From Octopus bimaculoides (taxonomy: Eukaryota): DNA of 63,544 nucleotides. How positions within the stretch are numbered: position 1 is the first letter of the stretch; each line of letters opens with the position of its first letter. Positions 56,089-63,544 of the stretch are shown here, piece after piece. The stretch covers positions 32,963,019 to 33,026,562 of the forward strand of contig NC_068993.1 of the NCBI RefSeq assembly GCF_001194135.2. The letters are read 5' to 3'. Made by a program: the position numbers and the translations under genes. The notes beneath the pieces were generated by a model. The model saw only the letters and a program-made list of their open reading frames with translations, was not told the DNA's origin and did not search any database.

Positions 56089-59000
56089 CTGAATGACAAA
56101 GAAAAAAAATTATGTGTGTGTGAGTATGTGCACAAATATATTTATATATAAAATCAATAAGGTAATATATAACATTTATTAATGACATGGTAATTTATAG
56201 TACAGAATACATAAGTACAAAAAAATTTTAAATCCTAAAAAAATGGACCAAATTTATAAATATAAAAACATCATAAAGCATTTTGAATTCCTGATTCAAT
56301 AAATCTAATTTTATATAAAGTGCTATCAAGAAAATGACTGAGGCAGAGGTAATAGTCATGTGGTTCTTGCCTTGGGGCAAGTGTTATCTATTGTAGCATT
56401 GTAGATAACAATGCTATGGTAGAAATCTGGGAGATGAAAACTAAGCAGCAACCTGGCATACATACATATGTACAGACACACATGCACACACACCTACATA
56501 TACAAAATGTGTGTGTGTGCATGCACGTCAGTGTGTATAATGGTGTAAATTGGTGGTTCAAGCCACATTCCAATAAAACTTTGCTTTTTGATAGAGAACA
56601 GTTATAATAAATATCAGACTGGAATAAGTATTGCTTCATTTCAATTTCAAACTCACCCCTGTTTCTCTGCTAGCATGGGTTTCACTCATTTCATATTTAT
56701 GTGTATCTATATATATATAATATTGAGTGTCAAAACAAACACCCCTATCCTACCTACTGAGCTGTTGGTTTCTCCTGTTTTATAGTCTTCACATCCTCTA
56801 ATTATATTCAGACAATGTTGGTTCTACCACAAACATATTGTCATTATTATATTTCTGGTTTTATGTTCAGAGTTCAAATTCTGTTGAGGTTAACTCTGCC
56901 TTTTATTCTTTTTGGGTCAATAAAATAAGTACCTGCTGAGTACTGGGGTTGAAGTAATCAACAAGCTCCATCCCATCAAATTTCAGGCCTTGTGCTTATA
57001 TTAGAAAGACTTATTATTATTACTTTATGAAGATTTATGTAACTCCTCATGAAGGTAAATACATAAGGAGAGAGCAATGTGATATGTAATAAAATGCAGG
57101 CTGACTCTGTTATTGAACTGAACAATATCTGTGCATTATTATTGTACAACTTAAGGCAGTAAGCTGGCAGAATCATTAGCAAGCCGGGCTAAATGCTCAG
57201 TAGTATTTCGCTCGTTTTTACATTCTGAGTTCAAATTCTGCTGCGGTTAAGTTAGCTACTCATCTTCCACGGTCAATAAAATAAGTATCAGTTGAACACT
57301 GGGGTTGATGTAATTGACTTACATCTTCTGGAATTGCTGGCCTTGTGCCAAAATTTGAAAGCATTATTATAATACAACTTTGTTTTTCTTCCTTTTGAGG
57401 TCGATAAAATAAATACGTCAAGTTACTGCGGTTAATGTAACTGACAAACCCCTCCCCTCAAAATACAGATTTGTAACTGTGGATTTGATAAATAAATGTA
57501 ACTCTCTTGCAATAACATGTTACTGTAACAACTGTTTTTTTTTTGTGTCTCACACTATCTGTATCTCTCTCTAGTGACAGTCCTCCATGTCTCACAGGTG
57601 GACAGGAAGATGGAGAGTACAAGTCAGAGCATGCAACAGTCTGATTTTGCCATCTTTGTCCCCATTGATTTGAGTTTTAGTTTGTGCAAAGAGGTATTAG
57701 TTTTGAGGGCTGGCATGCTGCTCCCTGATTGACAGGTGGATGGGCATCAGTGGTCCTTATCAATCTTGTGGCTCCAAGGGCCATATCTTGGTAAACACTT
57801 TAGCTGGAGAGTAAAACTAGATAAGGGAATGGTGTTAACATGGCACAGCTGGGCAAATGACTTCCATAAAGGAGTCACTTGTCAGGGTGGAAATTAAAAT
57901 GATTTTGTGTTCACAACCAAGGAGAGTCACACAGCTGGAAGTAACTGGGTGTGGTCAAAGTTATATAGAAACAGGACCTCCCAAGCCTCCATGCCCAAAA
58001 CACACACTATATGATGATGTACAAACTGACACTATAAAAACAACCTAAAGAAAAAAGAAATTTCAGATAATTTTAAATGGACAAAGCCTGCAAAAGAAAA
58101 AAGAAAAAGAGGAAGAGAGAGAAAAAAGAGAAGGGTTAAGTGTTTGTTACTTACATTAATGGAATAATGCTGACTAATCAAATGTTCTTTGAATGCGTTC
58201 AGTTTATTGATATGGAATCTCTCCAAAGTTGACTTCATCTTGATAACCTGGAAAATGAAACAGGTATTTGAATAGATTTGAACACTGCACATCAAATGTG
58301 CAATATTTCTTAACCTGTTAGTTCCTCTCCAATTATTGCTGGTCTTAGTAGATGATGTATGGAGGAGAAATAATTACAATGACATAATATTATATGACCT
58401 TTGGTTGATGCTCACAAAGCAAAGCCATAATCAGACATTCCTCTATTGTAGTAAATCAATTAAAAACACTTCACAATTTCAAAATGCAGTGGCAGTGTAT
58501 TATGATGTAATACTTTGTCTTGTGGTATCTGCTTGTAGCTAAGCAGACTGAGGTCAAATATACTGATAGTATATTACTGCTGACTCTTGAGCTAATCATT
58601 CAATATAGATCCTTTTAATTTAGCCTAACTCTTCTTGTTGTGTGCCCCTCATTCTCATAACAGAAATATCCTGACTTTATCTTTACAATTGCTTTATTTA
58701 TTTACGGCTGTTAACTTTCCTAAAAATTGCCCAATGCTAGAAACCACTGTCACCATTACTATTATAATTATTATTCAAAGGTGTTAAGCTGTCAGAATCA
58801 TTAGCATGCTGGATAAAAAGCTTAGTGACATTTCTTTTGGCTTTATGTTCCAAGTTCAAATTCTGCTGAGGTTAACTTTGCTTTCATTCTTCCGGGGTTG
58901 ATAGAATAAGTACCAGTCCAGCACTGGGATCGATTTAGTTGACTGGCCCTTTCCCACAAAATTTTTGGCCTTGTGCCTATCGTAGAAAGAACTACTACTA

Positions 59001-62000
59001 AGGCAGCAAGCTGGTAGAATCATTTGTGCAGTGGACAAAAGACAAAGCAGTATTTCTTCCAGCTCTTCACATTCTTAGTCAAAATCCAGCTGAGGTCAAC
59101 TTTGACTTTCAATGTTTTGAGGTTATCAAAATAAAGTACCAGTCAAATGATGGGGTTGATGTAATGGACTACCCCTCTAAAATTACTGGCCTTGTGCCAA
59201 AATTTGAAACTATTATCATTATCAAGGTGATGGATGGGCAGAATTGTTAGGGTCAGACAAAATGCCCTCTGTGATATTTAGTCATGACTTTTTATGTTCT
59301 GTTTTGAAATCCCACTGAAGTTTTTTCATCCCTCTAGGGTTGATGAAAGACCAGTCAAATACTGACATCAATTTAATCAACTAAACCCTTCACCACGAAT
59401 TTGTTCTTGAGCCAATAATATTATTATCATTGATGGAATGAAGGCAATGGAATGGCAGAATCAGATAAAATGATTTGCAGAATTTGTTCGGGCTCTGAGT
59501 TCTAATCCCACTAAGGTCATCTTTGCCCTTAATCCTTCCATGGCTATTTAAGTATCAGCCACGTACTGGGCTTTACTTAATACAAAAAGGTCAACAATCC
59601 AAGATATCATTTCACTAGAATTATCAAATTTTCTAGAACAAACCTTTTCTTCTAAGAACTTGGAAGATGCTGGAAAACAGGACCAAAAGTGTCTCAATAG
59701 TTCACACAATGCACTGTAGATCTGTTGGAGTTCTTCTTGAGTATCGAAAGGAATTATTTCTAAAATTACAGAAAATAAACATTCAAAATAACATTACAAG
59801 TCAAATAATAAATAGGGGAGGGAGGTGGTGGTTTACAAATGATCTCATTAATACTGGCTTGAGACTGACAACAATTGGTTTTTACAGCTGGATGATAGGG
59901 CCACGTAAAAAGCATCTAGCACACTGTAAAGTGGTTGGTATGAGGAAGGGCATCCAGCTGTAGAAACCAAGCCAAATTAGACTGGAACCTGGTGCAGCTC
60001 TCCTATTTGCCAGCTCTTATTAAACTGTCCAACCCATGCCAGAATGGAAAACGGCGGTGAGCTGGCAGAAATGATAACATGCAAAGCGAAATGCTTAGCA
60101 GTATTTCGTCTGCCACTATGCTCTGAGTTCAAATACCTTTGAGGTTGACTTTGCTTTTCATCCTTTTGGGGTCGATTAAATAAGTACCAGTTATGCACTG
60201 GGGTCAATATAATCGACTTAGTCCGTTTGTCTGTCCCCTCTGTGTGTAGCCCCTTGTGGACAGTAAAGAAATAAGAGTGGAAAACGGATGTTAAATGATG
60301 ATGATGTATAATATTGTATACTCCCTATAATAACCACTCAACTGTGGTGAGTCACATGATCTAGGTTTTATTGCTATGTCCATTTCCTCCCCATCATACA
60401 CTTCTTCCTTCCATCCCACCCCACCCATTCTGGTCAATATCCTTTCTCTCCATTTCCCCTGCATAGTCACATACACACACTCACCAATTAATTGAGTACT
60501 CCCCTATCCTCACCTCCCTCATAATCCTTTCTGACAACATCGTTCCCTCTCCAAATTTACATTTACTATATACAAAACACTCTCGCCCCACAGTTCACAC
60601 AATGAAATGGTTGGCTGAATAAGCTGAGAATGTGCAGGGTCATGAGGTCCCTCTCATTTTGGCTCACTGATATCTATTTAGCCTTTCTAAAGTTGATATC
60701 ACAAGAAAATGTGCATTGTATTTTGGACAATGTAAGTAAGTAAAATCCCTCGTTGGCAATTGGAGGGGGAGGCTGTCCTCTCAATCAATACACTGCTGTG
60801 GGTTCCACTGGATGATGGACACTGTTGGTGATGTTATTCCACACTTTCTGATCCATGGTGCCAGCCTTAGCATGCTTGAGGTCAAGGTACTGCGACTTCA
60901 GGTCTTCCTCAATTTTTTTCGCCCATGTCTTCTTTGGTGCACTGGATTCTCCTGTGTGTGGGTCACTGCCACCATAAAAGTTGGTGTGGTAGTCTTCTGG
61001 TGCTCATCCTGCAGAAGTGGCCAGTGTAATCCCAGATAAGTGAAAAGATGGGTCAGCCACAGTTAGAATGTCTTTTGATCTTAGGTCTGCTTAATAAGGG
61101 CTGACTCAAGATCAAACAGCTCAACCATGAAGTTTGAATTTTTTCTCCTTTAATTAACACAGCTGCATGACATGTGGTAACAGCTTGACAAATGCACTAT
61201 TACCTTAGAGGGCCTCTTTTAACTGTTGTTGTTGCTTAACCACATGATCAAAGGCACTCCAGCCATGACCATCCCATTCTATTTTCAGGCACTGTGATTC
61301 TAAGGCTAAGTATCCTCCCCCACTTTAAAGACAGATGGACAAGATTTAGCTGTTATTTCCAGCAGGCTGTGCAAATGTGTATATTCTCTCAGTGGCTCAT
61401 CTTTTCACTGTATAGAAAAGAGTAAGCATTTGTTTTGTGCCACAACATAAATCATTAGAACTGAGAGGTTGTAAGCATCTCAATGAAAACTAATTTTGTG
61501 AATCAGTTAATACAACCCAGATTTATATAAATTGCACAGACTACACTCTCACCAAATTCTATATATATCCCCCATGAGAATGTATCAATGATTCCAAATG
61601 TTGGTGTACCCAAATATTGTGGGGGGACACTGGTATGTCAGTGTCCCCTAAACATACCAGGGGGGTGGACTCTGGTATGTCAATGTCTCCTAAATATAGT
61701 AGGGAGAACCCGGATATGCTGATGTCACCAAATGTTGCAGCGAAGACTCTAGTATGTCAGTGTTGCCAAATATAGTAAGGTGTATCCTGCTATGTTGATG
61801 TACCCCCAAATATATATTTCTTTATTGCCCATAGGGGGCTAAACATAGAGGGGACAAACAAGGTCAGATAAAGGGATTAAGTCGATTACATTGACCCCGG
61901 TGCATAACTGGTACTTATCCAATTGACCCCAAAAGGATGAAAGGCAGAGTTGACCCCAGCGGAACTTGAACTCAGAACCTAACAGCAGACAAAATACTGC

Positions 62001-62175
62001 TAAGCATTTTTCCCGGAGTGCTGATGATTCTACCTGCTCTGGGCAGACTCTGGTATGTTGATGGCCCCAAATATATCAACTTACGTTGTAGATCTTGCTG
62101 ACTTGTTCTTTGCATCAAACTTCCACCAGGAGAGAGTTCTCCCAACACACTGAGAGCTAAATGAACTGGAAGAAC
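56005..62175 (-). CDS. GTF2H1: General transcription factor IIH subunit 1 (p62), 3' part: join(62175-62085,59759-59644,58247-58155,56088-56005), 127 C-terminal aa; 5' exons beyond window end
   Basis: Spliced translation VLPVHLALSVLGELSPGGSLMQRTSQQDLQ|QIIPFDTQEELQQIYSALCELLRHFWSCFPASSKFLEEK|VIKMKSTLERFHINKLNAFKEHLISQHYSIN|LTGHMEEMLNAAYNKFETWQSKRLAKR*. It matches the recalled human p62 C-terminus (ALSPGGALMQ...ELLRHFWSCFP...KMKSNLERF...[21 protein letters not shown]). GT-AG sites and phases 1,0,0 are consistent. Confidence 0.92.
56852..57465 (+). mobile_element. Cluster of 3 family A SINE copies in the last coding intron of GTF2H1
   Basis: Repeated GAGTTCAAATTC...AATAAAATAAGTA...GGCCTTGTGC blocks at about 56852-57022, 57152-57373 and 57390-57465. 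Confidence 0.75.
57565..57800 (-). mobile_element. Highly degraded LINE RT C-terminal remnant
   Basis: Minus frames give KIRLLHAL then (frameshift) IFLSTCETW, resembling KIRL...SIFLYACESW of RTE-like LINEs. Confidence 0.4.
58155..58247 (-). CDS. GTF2H1: GTF2H1 exon (VIKMKSTLERF)
   Basis: TTTTCCAG acceptor, AAT|GTAAGT donor; 93 nt; within track ORF 58032-58295. Confidence 0.92.
58690..59575 (+). mobile_element. Head-to-tail array of 4-5 family A SINEs
   Basis: Copies at about 58777-58990, 59000-59222, 59224-59425 and 59440-59575, each starting right after the previous copy's ATT/ACT-rich tail. Confidence 0.8.
59644..59759 (-). CDS. GTF2H1: GTF2H1 exon (ELLRHFWSCFP)
   Basis: Minus-strand TAATTTTAG acceptor, AAG|GTTTGT donor; 116 nt. 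Confidence 0.92.
60055..60277 (+). mobile_element. Young family A SINE variant inserted into an RTE-tail element (59885-60305), with 10-bp TSD
   Basis: TGGAAAACGG at both 60045-60054 and 60278-60287; the host tail resumes ATGTTAAATGATGATGATG. Confidence 0.85.
60785..61035 (-). mobile_element. Degraded RTE-like LINE C-terminal fragment
   Basis: WDYTGHFCRMSTRRLPHQLLWW then (frameshift) APKKTWAKKIEEDLK...DQKVWNNI. Confidence 0.6.
61594..62078. repeat. Diverged minisatellite (about 7 units of 37-43 bp), interrupted by a SINE
   Basis: Recurring CC(A/T)AA(A/C)AT...GAC(A/T)CTGGTATGT(C/T)(A/G)(G/A)TGT motif at 61609-61814 and again at 62041-62078. Confidence 0.85.
61815..62040 (-). mobile_element. 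Family A SINE variant, inverted, inserted inside one minisatellite unit
   Basis: Reverse complement of 60055-60277 (TATTTCTTTATTGCCC ... GAACTCAGAAC ... CTAAGCATTT). Confidence 0.85.
62085..62175 (-). CDS. GTF2H1: GTF2H1 exon (ELSPGGSLMQ)
   Basis: Minus-strand TTTTCTGCAG acceptor and C|GTAAGT donor; 91 nt. Confidence 0.9.
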
Positions 62176-62739
62176 CTGCAGAAAAGATATATTAGAATTT
62201 ATATATAAAAAACAACCCCACCTAAAAAAAATAAAACAAACAAAATACTTAAAAAATAAATATTGAGAAATTTATTTGTAGATTTAATTTGTTGTTGTAT
62301 ATACAGAGTTAAAATCCATGTCTTGATGATGATGATGATCATCATCATCATCATCAACAGTCTCATTAGACTTATCTACACAATACCAACTGTTGCGAGA
62401 AGCCCAGCTTTCAATTCACACTTCAACTATAAGTCACCTCATAATGCAAATCTATTGTTTTGTTTTAATCATTGTGAGTGTGAAAGAGATAGCAACGTCA
62501 TTTAACCCTTTCAATAGCAGCCTGCTTTTGACTTCCCAACAACATTTGACTTAAAAGACTGCATTGGCTAGATACATCCTAGGATCTTTCTTGTAAAACT
62601 TTACTTAATAATTAGTGGCATGTACTGTGAAATGGTTTAAGTTATTGATATAATTGTAACTAACTTATTTGATAGCATTTTCCATTGATGGATGTCTTTT
62701 CATATAAGTAAGCTATGAAATTCTTAGATTCTCTTGATT

Positions 62740-63060
62740 TCCTGTAACTCAGACCACCTCATAGCCCTAGCAGACAAAAGGGAAAAGGTGTTGCCCTGAA
62801 GGATAGCAAGGGAGATGTACTGGAACAGTCACTCTGACTCACGGGGCTCACACTTGATAATAGCCATCTCTGCCCCAATAGTGGTAAGCAGGGATATGGT
62901 CAGGGGACCGAGAATGCCAGAGGGTCTCCACTGCCACAGGCTTGACCGTAAACCTGTCAGAGAGCAACTGACACTTTGACAGTTTGCTTTTCTTAGCCTG
63001 ACTGGCAGCTGAACACACCAAACTGTTGCTGGAGAAGGTGCCAACACTCGAGGTCATCTA
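62740..63060 (-). mobile_element. Degraded CRE-clade-like non-LTR retrotransposon, RLE C-terminus
   Basis: Joining minus frames gives VLAPS / AASQAKKSKLSKCQLLSDRFTVKPVAVETL / GILGPLTISLLTTIGAEMAIIKCEPRESE*LFQYISLAILQGN, matching the recalled CRE RLE end pattern (AA..AE..K..KY..L...F.PVAVETLG..GP....L..LG.......DPRE..FLFQRLS.AIQRGN). Confidence 0.6.
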
Positions 63061-63209
63061 TCCATTCCCACACAAATTGCCGATACTAAATATGTTCATA
63101 TCTGAATTTAAAATGTTGAGATGGTGCTACTTCCATTATTATAGTGTTAATCATATAAAAAGAACATTTTTTTTGCACATAACATTCTGAGATGATCTGG
63201 GTTGTATTA

Positions 63210-63544
63210 CTGATAGCATTTCGAGATCAAGGCAATATGGGTGCCCAGAAGTAGACCGGCCTGGGGGAGAAGGGTATGGAAACTTAAAGACCCTGCAAAT
63301 GGACAGAGATTTAGAGACAAGTTACTTGAAGCATTTGACGAAATAGAAGGGGATATAGCATCATACAACGTGGAAGACAATTGGAGATTTTTGCGGGACA
63401 ACCTGTTGAGAGCCACAGACCAGATCTGTGGCTGGTGTAAAGTCCCCTCTCGACCCAGAGTAACGTGGTGGTGGAACAAGGATGTAGACGGGGCTATTAG
63501 ACAAAAGAAACAGGCTTGGAAGGACTGGAAGAACGGTGGTAGCA
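63210..63544 (+). mobile_element. RTE-clade LINE fragment (EN-RT linker), runs off window end
   Basis: VWKLKDPANGQRFRDKLLEAFDE...VEDNWRFLRDNLLRATDQICGWCK...RVTWWWNKDVDGAIRQKKQAWKDWKNGGS, open and CpG-retaining. Confidence 0.88.

Overview
AT-rich, repeat-dense animal genomic DNA. The SINE/LINE repertoire and microsatellite load point to an octopus or other coleoid cephalopod (inference). Two conserved intron-containing genes face each other tail-to-tail. (1) On +, a complete PHRF1-like gene (RING, PHD, acidic, RS and Pro-rich regions, C-terminal SRI-like domain) has 13 coding exons from 10412 to 42392. All splice phases join into a 2031-aa ORF that includes one 4223-bp exon, and a probable non-coding first exon and promoter lie near 6090-6160. 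(2) On -, four 3' coding exons of GTF2H1 (TFIIH p62) lie at 62175 to 56005; the rest of that gene is beyond the window. The remainder is transposon-derived: two R4/Dong-type RLE retrotransposon fragments in (TAA)n tracts, several RTE LINE fragments, a CRE-like RLE fragment, a Tc1/mariner fragment, a hAT MITE, several tRNA-derived SINE families and microsatellites, plus one 627-N gap. There is no prokaryotic-type system, CRISPR array or bona fide tRNA/rRNA gene. I cannot support a wholly new biological system here. The best leads are candidate regulatory splicing of PHRF1 (poison exon or SRI-less isoform, in-frame cassette exon, duplicated donor, uORF-rich leader), a ULM-like motif, an unexplained duplicated hairpin-rich element, microsatellite-targeted retroelements, and an intronic minisatellite next to a GTF2H1 donor.
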